Assembly (NCBI GenBank): GCA_031267825.1
Contig: JAIRYJ010000005.1
Location: 5,765 to 69,764, forward strand
Source of the DNA: Bifidobacteriaceae bacterium
Lineage (GTDB): Bacteria; Actinomycetota; Actinomycetes; Actinomycetales; WQXJ01
Direction: 5' to 3'
DNA length: 64,000 nucleotides
The position numbers were made by a program, and so were the translations under genes. Shown piece by piece: positions 10,045 through 19,846 of the stretch. The notes under the pieces were generated by a model. The model had not been told where the DNA came from, did no database searches, and saw only the letters and a program-made list of their open reading frames with translations. Positions within the stretch are counted from its first letter, which is position 1. Each line of letters starts with the position of its first letter.

Positions 10045-12024
10045 CTAAGGGGTTGCCGGGGCGGCGCAGCCGACCGAGGACTGGTGGGCGATGGTTTTGA
10101 AGGTGCAGGCCTGACGGCCTTGCAGATCGGTTACCACGACGTCACGCAAGGTGACATGGCCGGTGTTCGACACCTTGTAGGTGAACCATTCGGGGCCTTG
10201 GTCCGTCATTGAACCAGAGACGATCTCTGTCGCACCGCCGGAGGCGGCAGCGGCGATGATGGTGTCATAGGTGGTCGCGCCGGGTGTGACATTTTTCCAG
10301 GCTTGCAAATCAATGGTCATTCTTGGCACCAAGCAGGGGGCCAGATTGGCGGTTGGTATGGCGATGGCCGTCGAATACTGGCTCGACTCGAAGAACCCAC
10401 TCTGGGCGGTGGAGTTTTGAGTCTGTATCCGGACGTAACCGGCCGCTGGTGGCAGCTCAGGCACAGTCGCGGGACCGGCGGACACGTTGCTCTGTGAACC
10501 GAGGTAAACCTCGGCTGTCGCGCCTGTCGTGTAATAGAAATCAATGGTGACTGGGGGAGTCGGCTGGGCGGCGTTGGTGACGTTACTGTGGGGAGCCACC
10601 TGAACCACGAACTCACAACTGGCGTTCAACGTGGCGACTGACGGCTCCCACGTCAGAAGCCACCGGTTAGCTGTTTTGGCGTAGTTCTGCAGCAGAGCGG
10701 CGGTTGACAGACCGTGCGCGGTTGCCTCGCTAGAGGTTGATGTCTGTGATTTCGAGTGAGTCCCGAATCTGTTGCCCCGCATGGTGACAGCGCCTGTGGC
10801 ATCCAAGATGATTCCACTAGTTTGGAGGCCGTCGAAATAGTTATCAATGATGCTCAGATTAGATATCGCTGGCGGGCTCGACGGGCCATGCCAGTGGATG
10901 GCGAATCCTTGCGTGGTCAGTGAACCGTTATCAAAATCGTTATTCCGGATGTAATTAGTACCGCTAAGTGCGGTAGCTTGTGGCAAATACAACATCGCAC
11001 GCAAATAGGATGACCCGGCCCGCATTTCAGTTATGGTGTTGTGGTGAATATCCCAGTTACCTGAACCTGATCCGGCATCCTCAAGATCAATGGCACGGGT
11101 GGATCCCGTGAAGTAACTGAAAGTGGAGTGTTCGATTACCAAGTTAGTCAGCGTCATGTCACCGGCGACCACGAGCCCTGACGAGACACACCCAGCGGCG
11201 GAGGAAGTTGTGCAGGTCGTTGAACCGGCGGTGGCCGGAGTGTTATTCATTGTGACGTTGGACAAGGTCAACCCGTTGACGAAACGGTTACTGGCTGATT
11301 CAGCGGCGCCAGCCAGGCGGATAAGGCCCTCATAGCTGGTGCCGTGTATCCGGCCCATGGTGTAATTCTTGATAGTGATATTGTCAGCTAAGCCAAGTAT
11401 GCCGATCATCCGCTGAGCATAGTTATTGGCGGACTGAATTGAGACTCCGCCATCTAAGACTGAACCATCCGAATTGGCGGAGAAAATGATAGACGATTCA
11501 TTGGAATAGATGTCAGATAAATTGAGCAGCTTGACGTCCGGCGCGTCAACAAAAAAGGCTGTGGCCGGTTTTCTAGTTCCCGAACCTCTGGTGTGCAGAC
11601 GCTTATCTAAGTTAATTGTCATTGTGCGTTTTATATGGAAATAGGCTCCGTCAGTGTCAGTCGGGGAAACTTTGCCTACGAACATGTAGTTGGTTGTGCT
11701 GTTGTCTGGGAACACCAAGCTCAGGTCGAGGCCCGGGGCGACCCGGATTTCAACGTCATAATCGCCGTTTACACCATTGGCCGCGGTGATGGCGGTCCGC
11801 AGTGAGCAGTCGCCGCCACCGCCGGTGCAAGCCGAAGCGTTACCAAGGGCGAGGCTGGCGCTGTTGACTACAAAGACTTCAGTGCCCAGAGCCGCATCGG
11901 CCCGCAGGGCCGCCACTGGCCCAGCCAAGCTGAACCCCAAGGTGGCGACCAGCAAACCGGCTATCGCTACGGCCCGACCAGCCGTCGGGCGTCGGCGCAC
12001 CGGCAAGGTTGGAACTTTTCGCAC
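10045..12024 (-). CDS. Secreted protein with CSLREA-like motif, right-handed beta-helix region and C-terminal Ig-like repeat
   Basis: N-terminal signal peptide; FVVNS...C...DCSLRTAITAAN; N/T/S-rich beta-helix-like turns (IHHNTI, IRNNDF, IIDNYF, MRGNRF); C-terminal YKVSNTGHVTLRDVVVTD. The middle of the gene is visibly more AT-rich than its neighbours. Confidence 0.7.
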   Translation of the reverse strand: MRKVPTLPVRRRPTAGRAVAIAGLLVATLGFSLAGPVAALRADAALGTEVFVVNSASLALGNASACTGGGGDCSLRTAITAANGVNGDYDVEIRVAPGLDLSLVFPDNSTTNYMFVGKVSPTDTDGAYFHIKRTMTINLDKRLHTRGSGTRKPATAFFVDAPDVKLLNLSDIYSNESSIIFSANSDGSVLDGGVSIQSANNYAQRMIGILGLADNITIKNYTMGRIHGTSYEGLIRLAGAAESASNRFVNGLTLSNVTMNNTPATAGSTTCTTSSAAGCVSSGLVVAGDMTLTNLVIEHSTFSYFTGSTRAIDLEDAGSGSGNWDIHHNTITEMRAGSSYLRAMLYLPQATALSGTNYIRNNDFDNGSLTTQGFAIHWHGPSSPPAISNLSIIDNYFDGLQTSGIILDATGAVTMRGNRFGTHSKSQTSTSSEATAHGLSTAALLQNYAKTANRWLLTWEPSVATLNASCEFVVQVAPHSNVTNAAQPTPPVTIDFYYTTGATAEVYLGSQSNVSAGPATVPELPPAAGYVRIQTQNSTAQSGFFESSQYSTAIAIPTANLAPCLVPRMTIDLQAWKNVTPGATTYDTIIAAAASGGATEIVSGSMTDQGPEWFTYKVSNTGHVTLRDVVVTDLQGRQACTFKTIAHQSSVGCAAPATP

Positions 12025-12080
12025 GTCGGCATAACGCTTCCGGAGTCTGTTCTATTCCGCCGTCGGCGCTGACACCTCAG

Positions 12081-12150
12081 CCAGCCGGATTAGACCGGCC
12101 GGATTAGACCGGCCGGACTAGACCAGCCGGACTAGACCAGCCGGACTAGA
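12081..12150. repeat. 14-bp tandem repeat x5, CC(A/G)GCCGGA(T/C)TAGA
   Basis: Units start at 12081, 12095, 12109, 12123 and 12137. Confidence 0.95.
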
Positions 12151-14298
12151 TCAGCCCTGGTACATCCGGGTGTCAATTGAACGCGGTGGCGTCAAGCGGG
12201 TCCGCACCTCTGCCAGCAGACTGGTCGGCGGCCGACCGGCCGGCAGTCCCTGGGTGATCGCCAGGCGTGCCGCCTGGAGTCCGTACCACAGGTCAAGCAG
12301 GACATTGTCGCCTTCGCGCAGACCGGCCCACGGCCGGTCAAACAAGGCTTCAACAAAGTCCAATTTGCCTAAGGCGAGGGCGGCGGTGCCGGCTTGAAGG
12401 GAGATTTTCTCGGATGTTTGGGACGCCTCGGTTAGTCCCTCAAAGACGGACCAGGCCAGGTCAGCTCGCCCGGCGGCGTTGGCTAGAGCCAGGTACTCCT
12501 CGGCGTAGGCCAGCTCGGTCTCCGCCCGGCTTTCGTCCGCCCCGCCATCATCCCCGGAGTCGCCACCAGCCCGCCGCGAGACTACCTCCCAGGCCCGTCC
12601 GAGCCATTCCAGTCCGGCGTCTAACTGGCCGCGGGCGGCCGCCGCCTGGGCCAAATTACGCATCGCCAGCGGATCTCCACTCTCGGCCGCCTCCCGCCAA
12701 AGGCTCTCAGCCCGCTCCGGGTTCAAGTTCTCCCATTCCAGCAAACCCAAATGAACCAAGGTATGAGCCTGACGCTCCACCTCCAGACTGCCTTCCAGCA
12801 GTGGCCGCCAAGCCGGGTCAACCATGTAAGAGGCCTGACCAGTTGGAACGGGCATCCGCCCGGTGTGCCACAAGTCGAGCCATGGCGCCTGAGCCGCCCC
12901 CAATGAACTCGCCGGATAGCCGAAGCCCTCAGGTAGTGATCCAGCCCGGCGTTCAGCCTCCAAGGCTCCCCAACCGGTTCCCTCAGCTAGTAAGTCTTGG
13001 TCCGCTACCTGGCGGCGCGCACGGCACCGGGCGTCGGCATCGGCCTGATTCAAAAACCCAACCGGCACCAAACGCTCCACCTCAGCGGCGATCCGTGTCT
13101 GGGCCGACTCCCACGGGCCCTCAGCCAAGGCTGGGTCTAGCTGCGTCCCACCAAAAACCTGGGTGAACTCGATCTCCCCACCGGCCGCTAGCCGCGCGCC
13201 GTGAAGCTGACTTGGCGCCAGACCGGCTTGCAGCTCAAGGTAAGAACTCTGACCAGGGGTGGACAGGTAATCCTGCCACCAGCGGCCACCTGGATGTGAC
13301 CCCCAGCAGAACATTTTGCGGAAGCGCAGCGCCTGGGTTGAACGTTCAAAGAAGAGTTCGCCGTCCGGTTGGGAGCAAGCTTCCCATGGGGCCGGATCGG
13401 TGAGCGGGTTCTGGAAGAAGTATTCACTGGCCCGGCTGTAGGCCGCCGGATAGGTCGCGTCAAAGGTTTGGCCATCCTCAGTTAGGAACGGCAGACGGGC
13501 GTGGCCAAAGAAGACTGGCGCCGACGCCACCGCGGCTGAGTCAGCCAGGCCACCGTGTTGGCGTAACCAGGCGGCTTGGGCGGGAGCATCCTGGTAGATG
13601 ATCTCCGGTGTGCCGGAAAAGACCCGCGTCTGGTCGGTTTGCGGCACCGCTGTGTTGGTCCACCAGTACAGCGAGACAGCTACCGGCCCGGGGTTGACGA
13701 TCCGCACATGAGCTTCGAGCAGGGCTTGGCCTGGCGGCAGTCGGAAGTCAATTTGCCAGAGCAAGCCACGTTGGCGCTCGTATTGCCAGATCCGTAGGGC
13801 GGCGGCTTTTCCGTTTTGTCCGATGCCGTCCCCCGTTTCCCGTACCAGGCCAGCTAAGACGGGTTCACAAGTTGAGCAAGCATGCCCATATTGCCCAATG
13901 TTCCATTCGATTCCACCGGCGAACCAGGCGTCACGGATGGCTAGGTTGCACGGCTGGAACACCGGATTGGTGAACAAGAGTTGACGACCGGTGGTGAGGT
14001 CGGTCAAAGAGTAGAGCCGTCCGCCAAAGTCAGTCAGGAAAACCGCCCGCAAAAGATCGTTGCTGAGCACAGCGGTCCGCAGGCTAGCGGGCTGGCTGGC
14101 CCGGCCGTAACGGTCTTGCGTAAGGTAGGGCAGGACCCGCCGGGCGGCGTCCTGTCCAAGGCCTTGCTGTTCACCTGGCGCCAGGCTGCCGTTGCTCCTA
14201 ACTGGCAGGTCACGGCGCTGGTCACGGAGTCGCGGGAGGGGAGATTGGCCGATCTCAGTCCACCCGGGCAGGGTGATCGAGCCTAATGAAATGTCCAT
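12151..14298 (-). CDS. DUF5107-domain protein with C-terminal TPR-like helices
   Basis: LPYLTQDRYGR, FGGRLYSL, NPVFQPCNLAIRDAWFAGGIEWN, YWWTN and YLELQAG. Confidence 0.8.
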   Translation of the reverse strand: MDISLGSITLPGWTEIGQSPLPRLRDQRRDLPVRSNGSLAPGEQQGLGQDAARRVLPYLTQDRYGRASQPASLRTAVLSNDLLRAVFLTDFGGRLYSLTDLTTGRQLLFTNPVFQPCNLAIRDAWFAGGIEWNIGQYGHACSTCEPVLAGLVRETGDGIGQNGKAAALRIWQYERQRGLLWQIDFRLPPGQALLEAHVRIVNPGPVAVSLYWWTNTAVPQTDQTRVFSGTPEIIYQDAPAQAAWLRQHGGLADSAAVASAPVFFGHARLPFLTEDGQTFDATYPAAYSRASEYFFQNPLTDPAPWEACSQPDGELFFERSTQALRFRKMFCWGSHPGGRWWQDYLSTPGQSSYLELQAGLAPSQLHGARLAAGGEIEFTQVFGGTQLDPALAEGPWESAQTRIAAEVERLVPVGFLNQADADARCRARRQVADQDLLAEGTGWGALEAERRAGSLPEGFGYPASSLGAAQAPWLDLWHTGRMPVPTGQASYMVDPAWRPLLEGSLEVERQAHTLVHLGLLEWENLNPERAESLWREAAESGDPLAMRNLAQAAAARGQLDAGLEWLGRAWEVVSRRAGGDSGDDGGADESRAETELAYAEEYLALANAAGRADLAWSVFEGLTEASQTSEKISLQAGTAALALGKLDFVEALFDRPWAGLREGDNVLLDLWYGLQAARLAITQGLPAGRPPTSLLAEVRTRLTPPRSIDTRMYQG

Positions 14299-14489
14299 CT
14301 GATAGGTTCCGTTCAGTTCTCAAGCAAACAGCCTGACCCGCAGGATTTACACAACTGTTATGAACTAACAAGCTACACCCGGTGACTGTTCGTGATAAAG
14401 TCACCCCTGGAACGATCATGTTCGAGCATCCAAGGGTGGATGATCTGTCACCCGGCGGTTCGAACCAGAGCGGAAGTAAGAGGTAGGCA

Positions 14490-15260
14490 GTGGCTGAAAC
14501 GTTGGCCCGCTATTCGGGTGAGGTTAGCGAGCGCCTGCGCGCGATTGACCAACTGGCCGCCAGCGGCGGCCTTGACCCGGCGGTCCAAATCATGGCGGCC
14601 AGCCTTCAAGCTGGCGGTGTCCTGCAAGCCTTCGGCACCGGCCATTCGCAAGCCTTCGCCATGGAGATCGCCGGGCGGGCCGGCGGGTTCATCCCAACTC
14701 ACGCCATCCGCCTAGAAGACCTTGTTTTGCTGGGTAAACGGCCCGTCACAGCGATCGGCACGGCCGAATTCGAACGCGATTTCACCGTCGCCGATGAACT
14801 CTATGAGCTTTACCAAATCGAACCGGCCGACGCTTTCCTGATCGCCTCCAACTCTGGTGCTAACGGTTCAACCGTCGGTTTGGCGTTGCGCGCCAAGCGG
14901 GAAGGCCACCAAGTCATAGCTGTCACCAGTTTGCTTCACTCCCAGGCGGTGGTCTCCAAACACCCCTCCGGTCAGCGCTTGTTTGAAGTCGCTGACGTGG
15001 TGATAGACAACTTGGCGCCCTTCGGAGACGCCGTCATTGAGTCGCCCGACGGCATCGCGACAGGCGCTGTTTCATCGATTACGGCGGCTTACATAGCCCA
15101 GCTGTTAACCTTGGCGACAGGCCAACGTCTACGCCGGGCGGGCATCGTTCCACCGATCTACTTATCGGCCAACATCCCAGGTGGTGACGAACATAACAAC
15201 GCTCTTGAGGAGCGGTTCGGCCGCCGTGTCAAACCCTACAGATACCTGCCGGAAGCTTGA
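14490..15260 (+). CDS. SIS-domain sugar isomerase (UPF0309-like)
   Basis: AFGTGHS...GRAGG, IASNSG, DVVIDN and PPIYLSAN. Confidence 0.85.
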   Translation: MAETLARYSGEVSERLRAIDQLAASGGLDPAVQIMAASLQAGGVLQAFGTGHSQAFAMEIAGRAGGFIPTHAIRLEDLVLLGKRPVTAIGTAEFERDFTVADELYELYQIEPADAFLIASNSGANGSTVGLALRAKREGHQVIAVTSLLHSQAVVSKHPSGQRLFEVADVVIDNLAPFGDAVIESPDGIATGAVSSITAAYIAQLLTLATGQRLRRAGIVPPIYLSANIPGGDEHNNALEERFGRRVKPYRYLPEA

Positions 15261-15336
15261 GGCCAACGAATCACCAGGCCCCGAGCGACTGACAGCCGAA
15301 TCCAAACCAACACCCAACAACCAGGAGATTGAAACT

Positions 15337-16749
15337 ATGAAGAAGCCAACAATTAGGGCGATCGCCTCGGCCGGTGCGGCCGCGCTCGTCATGGGTGCGC
15401 TGCTGTCTTGCGCGGCGCCATCGTCCAACTCCGGCGATGAGCCGACCGGTGGTGGTGGCGGCGAGGTAACCGCCGACAACCCGTTCGGTCTAGCGGCCGG
15501 CACATCAATTGACGCCGTCGTATTCGACGGCGGCTATCACACTGACTATGTCGACTTCGCTGGTGAAGTCCTCAAGGCCAAGTTCCCAGATGTGACTGTC
15601 AAGGTCACAGCCACTTCCGAGATCAACGCTGAAATGCAGCCCCGGTTCGTTGGAGGCAACCCGCCTGACCTGCTAGACAACCAAGGCGCCCAGCAAATCC
15701 CGCTGGCCTCCGTGATCGAGTCGCTGGCCACCTGGGATGACCTGTGGGAAGCCGAAAACTATGAAGGTGTCAAGATTTCCGATGCCGTCTATCCAGGTAT
15801 CCGTGAAACCGGCACCTACAACGGCCGGTTTGTCCAGGTGCCTTATGTCATGACAGCTTGGGCTTTCTACTATTCGCAGTCACTGTTCGACGAGAACTCG
15901 TGGACTCCGCCAAAGACTTGGGACGAAGCCCTAACGCTGTGCGAATCGGCTAAAGCCAAAGACCTGAAACTCTTCGTCTGGGGTAAAGAAGCCGCCTCAT
16001 ACTGGAAGTATCTGGCCCTTGACTCAGCCGTCAAGCAGGGTGGTGTTGAGATCGTTGAGCGGATCGCCAACCTTGAGCCAGGCGCCTGGGACGATCCAAC
16101 TCTGAGGTCAGTTTTGGACAAGTTCAAGCAGGTAATTGACAACCAGTGCTTCATCCCTGGTGGTTCCGGCCAGCAGTTCACCCAAGCTCAAGCCCAATGG
16201 TCAAATGACAAGAGCGCGCTGCTCTATTACACCGGCTCTTGGATTGAGAATGAGATGGCTCAGGCCACCGCCGATAACTTCCAGATGACGGCCTGGCCGC
16301 CACTGGTAGTTGATGAGGCGACCGCCGCGTTGCCGTTCGCCGCGATTGACTCCGGCGCTGATGAGAAGTTTGTTCTGCCAGCCGATTCAGCGAACATCGC
16401 TGGCGGTAAAGAACTGATGCGAGCCATGCTGTCAAAGGAGGCCGCCTCTAACTTCGCTAAGACACGGCTCGCCCCGACAATCGTCAAAGACACCGTGCCG
16501 GCTGATGGTTTCGGTTCAACCGCCCTGGCCTCAACTGTCAAACTGATCTCCGAATCCGGTGAATCTACTTTCAGTTGGTCCTTCGGCGGCTACGACACGT
16601 ACTATGCCTTCGGCCCGGATGAGCTGGTCATTTGGAACGCTTTCCTGGACGGGCAGAAGACCGTTGACGAGCTGATCGCTGACGAGGAAGCCTTAGGTGT
16701 TAGGGCTGCTTCTGACGCTAATGTCGAGAAGGTTAAGTACTCCTTCTAA
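15337..16749 (+). CDS. ngcE: GlcNAc/chitobiose ABC transporter substrate-binding lipoprotein (NgcE-like)
   Basis: Lipobox LLSC; NPFG, FDGGY and QPRFVGGNPPD; RBS AGGAG before ATG 15337. Confidence 0.85.
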   Translation: MKKPTIRAIASAGAAALVMGALLSCAAPSSNSGDEPTGGGGGEVTADNPFGLAAGTSIDAVVFDGGYHTDYVDFAGEVLKAKFPDVTVKVTATSEINAEMQPRFVGGNPPDLLDNQGAQQIPLASVIESLATWDDLWEAENYEGVKISDAVYPGIRETGTYNGRFVQVPYVMTAWAFYYSQSLFDENSWTPPKTWDEALTLCESAKAKDLKLFVWGKEAASYWKYLALDSAVKQGGVEIVERIANLEPGAWDDPTLRSVLDKFKQVIDNQCFIPGGSGQQFTQAQAQWSNDKSALLYYTGSWIENEMAQATADNFQMTAWPPLVVDEATAALPFAAIDSGADEKFVLPADSANIAGGKELMRAMLSKEAASNFAKTRLAPTIVKDTVPADGFGSTALASTVKLISESGESTFSWSFGGYDTYYAFGPDELVIWNAFLDGQKTVDELIADEEALGVRAASDANVEKVKYSF

Positions 16750-16767
16750 ACATGGTTCATTAGCCCA

Positions 16768-17769
16768 GTGTCAACTATGACGACAACTACGGGACCGGGC
16801 AGCCGGCGCAGGCGGGTTGCCCGGTTCCGTCAACGTTTAACCTTTGACCGCATCAGCTTTGTGGCGGTCTTTTTGATCCTGCCTTTGGCGATCTTTGGCG
16901 TGTTCGAGTTGTCGCCCTATATTCAGGCGTTCTACTACGCCATGACGAACTGGGGCGGCTTCTCGGCGGAGATGGACTTTGTCGGATTCGACAACTTCAT
17001 CAAGCTGACGTCGGACGCCAAGTTCCTCAGAGCGGCCGCCAACTCGGCTCTGCTCTGCGCCGTCCTGCCGACCCTCACCTTGGTGACCGCCTTCGCCATC
17101 GCGGTTGTGGTGACAACCGGCGGGCCAATCATTGGCCGGGTCACCGGGTTGAAAGGTGGCGGCTTCTACCGCGTCATCTCCTTCTTCCCGTACACCGTCC
17201 CGGCGATCGTGATTGGTCTGATCTGGGCTCAGGTATATGACCCAACTCGGGGCTTACTGAACGGGTTCCTCAAACTGATCGGATTGGACCAGTTTGATGG
17301 GTTCCCTTGGATCGGTAACGTCCACACCGCCATGCCTGCCTCAATGTTTGTTATCTTGTGGGGCTTTGTCGGCTTTTACACCATCTTGTTCGTGGCCGCC
17401 ATCAAAGGCATACCGGCCGAAACCTATGAGGCGGCCCGGATTGACGGGGCGGGCCGCTTCCGGACCGCGGTTTCGATCGCCTTGCCGCAGGTTCTGGATT
17501 CGGTTCAGACGTCATATATCTACCTTGGGCTGACAGTCATCGACTCGTTCGTTTACATGCGGGTCCTTAACGCCCAAGGCGGCCCTGATTTCTCCACTTT
17601 GACCATCACCCAGGATCTGCATATGGAGGCGTTCACCCGCGGGCAGTTTGGTTACGCCACTTCAATGGGCGTGGTGCTGGCCGCCATCACCATGCTTTAC
17701 GCCGGGATTATCTTCTTGATCTTCCGGCTGATCCGTGGCAAGGATACCGATTTGGGGTCAGCCGCATGA
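16768..17769 (+). CDS. ngcF: Carbohydrate ABC transporter permease (NgcF-like)
   Basis: Multiple TM helices; EAA loop YEAARIDGA. Confidence 0.85.
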   Translation: MSTMTTTTGPGSRRRRVARFRQRLTFDRISFVAVFLILPLAIFGVFELSPYIQAFYYAMTNWGGFSAEMDFVGFDNFIKLTSDAKFLRAAANSALLCAVLPTLTLVTAFAIAVVVTTGGPIIGRVTGLKGGGFYRVISFFPYTVPAIVIGLIWAQVYDPTRGLLNGFLKLIGLDQFDGFPWIGNVHTAMPASMFVILWGFVGFYTILFVAAIKGIPAETYEAARIDGAGRFRTAVSIALPQVLDSVQTSYIYLGLTVIDSFVYMRVLNAQGGPDFSTLTITQDLHMEAFTRGQFGYATSMGVVLAAITMLYAGIIFLIFRLIRGKDTDLGSAA

Positions 17770-18710
17770 GCCGCTCTAAAACACCTCAAGAGCCTTCAGC
17801 GGGGGTGGCGCCCCAGACGGGTAGCGCACCCCAGACGGTCGAGGCGCGCCAGACCGGCCGGGTACACCAGATCCGCTCCACAGCCTCCGACAAAGCGGTC
17901 GCGACCGCCTCACACACCTTGTTGGGGATCTGGTCAGTCATCGTCATTGTGCCGTTCTTATGGACACTGATTTCCAGTTTCAAAACCTCGGCTCAGATTC
18001 TTTCCTCACCGTTCTCCTTGCCGGACAAACTCCACTTCGAGAACTACATCAACGCCTGGAACACCGCCGGGATTGGCCGGTTCTTCTTCAATACGATCCT
18101 GGTGGTTGGTTCGGCCTTATTCCTGACCATGATGCTAGGTGCGATGCTGGCCTATGTGCTGGCCCGTTTCCGGTTCCCCGGCAACAGGCTGATTTACAAC
18201 GTCATGCTGGCGGCGATGAGCTTCCCAGTTTTCTTGGCCATTGTGCCGTTGTTCTTCATTTTGAAAAACATGCTGCTCCTGGACACGTTACCTGGCCTGA
18301 TCATTACTTACGTAGCGTTCTCATTGCCGTTCACAATGTTCTTCCTCTACGCCTTCTTCAAACAGCTGCCACAAGACATTTATGAGGCGGCGGTAGTTGA
18401 TGGAGCCGGTGAATGGCGGACGTTCTTCCAAGTCATGTTGCCAATGTCAACTCCTGGAATAGCGTCAGTGTCGATCTTGAACTTCCTTGGCCTATGGAAC
18501 CAGTACCTCCTGCCGTTGGTCCTCAATCCGAGCCAGGAGAATTGGGTGCTTTCCCAGGGGATGGCCTCATTCGCTTCGAAAGCCGGTTACGCGGTTGACT
18601 TTGGGGCGCTGTTCGCGGCGGCCGTCATTACGATCATCCCGGTGCTGGTGATCTATGTGATCTTCCAGCGCAGGCTGCAAGGCTCGGTGTCTCAAGGCAC
18701 TTTCCGGTGA
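17766..18710 (+). CDS. ngcG: Carbohydrate ABC transporter permease (NgcG-like)
   Basis: YEAAVVDGA, WNQY and TM helices. Confidence 0.85.
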   Translation: MSRSKTPQEPSAGVAPQTGSAPQTVEARQTGRVHQIRSTASDKAVATASHTLLGIWSVIVIVPFLWTLISSFKTSAQILSSPFSLPDKLHFENYINAWNTAGIGRFFFNTILVVGSALFLTMMLGAMLAYVLARFRFPGNRLIYNVMLAAMSFPVFLAIVPLFFILKNMLLLDTLPGLIITYVAFSLPFTMFFLYAFFKQLPQDIYEAAVVDGAGEWRTFFQVMLPMSTPGIASVSILNFLGLWNQYLLPLVLNPSQENWVLSQGMASFASKAGYAVDFGALFAAAVITIIPVLVIYVIFQRRLQGSVSQGTFR

Positions 18711-19846
18711 CGGAAGGCGCCGTGCCATATGTCATCGCGGTTGACGCGGGTGGCACCTCGACCAGATGCAGCGTGGCGACGCTGGATGGGCGCTGCCTCG
18801 GTTACGGCGCGTCAGGTGCTGGCAACCCTGTCTCGGTAGGGGCCGATGCCGCCCTGGCGGCCTTCGCTCAAGCCATCAGTGCCGCTCTACTTGAGGCCAC
18901 GTTAGCTGAGCCGAGTTTGGCCGGGGCCGGTTTGGCTGGGGTTGACCTGGCTCGGGCTGGGGAGGTGGCTGGGTTTAGCCTGGCCGGGCATGAGGCGGTC
19001 CAGGTGGTGGTTTCGATGGCTGGTGGAATCTCCACCGGGCAGTGGCCCGCTTTCCGGGCGATGCTCGCCGGTTTAGGCATCAACCAGGAACCCGCCATGA
19101 AGAGTGACCTGTTAGGTAACTTCTGCTCCGGTACACCTGAACTGTCTGGTTATGTGCTGGACGCTGGTACTGGTTCAGGCGCGGTCCGGATCGAAGATGG
19201 TGTCAGCAGTCGGACGGCTGACGGTTTGGGCTGGTTACTGGGTGATGCTGGGTCAGGTTTCTGGATCGGGTCACAGGCTGTTAGGGCGGCCTTCGCTGAC
19301 GTGGATGGCCGTGGGCCCGCCACCAGGTTAACTGACCTGGTTTTCGCCCGGCTTGGTTTGGATTTTGTGCGGGCTGGGACCGGCCAAAACCAAACCGAGG
19401 GCCGGCCTGCGGTGACGTTGGAAGGATTGCGCCTGATTTACGAATTGGCGCCGATCGAGCTGTCACGCTTCGCGTCGGCCGCTTTTGAGGCGGCCGGTGA
19501 CCAGGTGGCGGACGCCATAGTGGACCGGGCGATCGGCCAGTTAGCGGGCACGATGCGGGCCGTGCTGCGGCCGGAAATCACCGGGCCGGTTGTCTTGGCT
19601 GGTGGTGTCCTGACAGCCAACCGTGGGTTCCGTGATCGCCTGATCGAACGGTTGAGGCCAGATCTACCTCAAGCGACCTTCTTGCCGGTGGCTGACGGCA
19701 TGGTTGGTGCGTTGATGCTGGCCTTACGCCAGGCCGGGCTTGAGGCCGGCCCTGAGCGGTTCGACCGTCTCAGCCGGACCCTGGCCGCTCTGCCATCGCG
19801 CGGAACTCAGCTGCGGGTGACACCGCCGTTAGCGCCCCAACCGTGA
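18707..19846 (+). CDS. BadF/BadG/BcrA/BcrD-family N-acetylhexosamine kinase
   Basis: VDAGGTST, GAGNP, AGTGS and GWLLGDAGSGFWIG. Confidence 0.85.
   Translation: MTEGAVPYVIAVDAGGTSTRCSVATLDGRCLGYGASGAGNPVSVGADAALAAFAQAISAALLEATLAEPSLAGAGLAGVDLARAGEVAGFSLAGHEAVQVVVSMAGGISTGQWPAFRAMLAGLGINQEPAMKSDLLGNFCSGTPELSGYVLDAGTGSGAVRIEDGVSSRTADGLGWLLGDAGSGFWIGSQAVRAAFADVDGRGPATRLTDLVFARLGLDFVRAGTGQNQTEGRPAVTLEGLRLIYELAPIELSRFASAAFEAAGDQVADAIVDRAIGQLAGTMRAVLRPEITGPVVLAGGVLTANRGFRDRLIERLRPDLPQATFLPVADGMVGALMLALRQAGLEAGPERFDRLSRTLAALPSRGTQLRVTPPLAPQP

Noticed and set aside
12081-12150. CRISPR array (also considered for 29747-29821 and 41026-41090)
   Set aside because: The units are short and contiguous with no unique spacers, and there are no cas genes.
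9114-12150. Intact integrative element or prophage at tRNA-Leu
   Set aside because: No integrase and no duplicated tRNA 3' end were noticed; only accessory genes are present.
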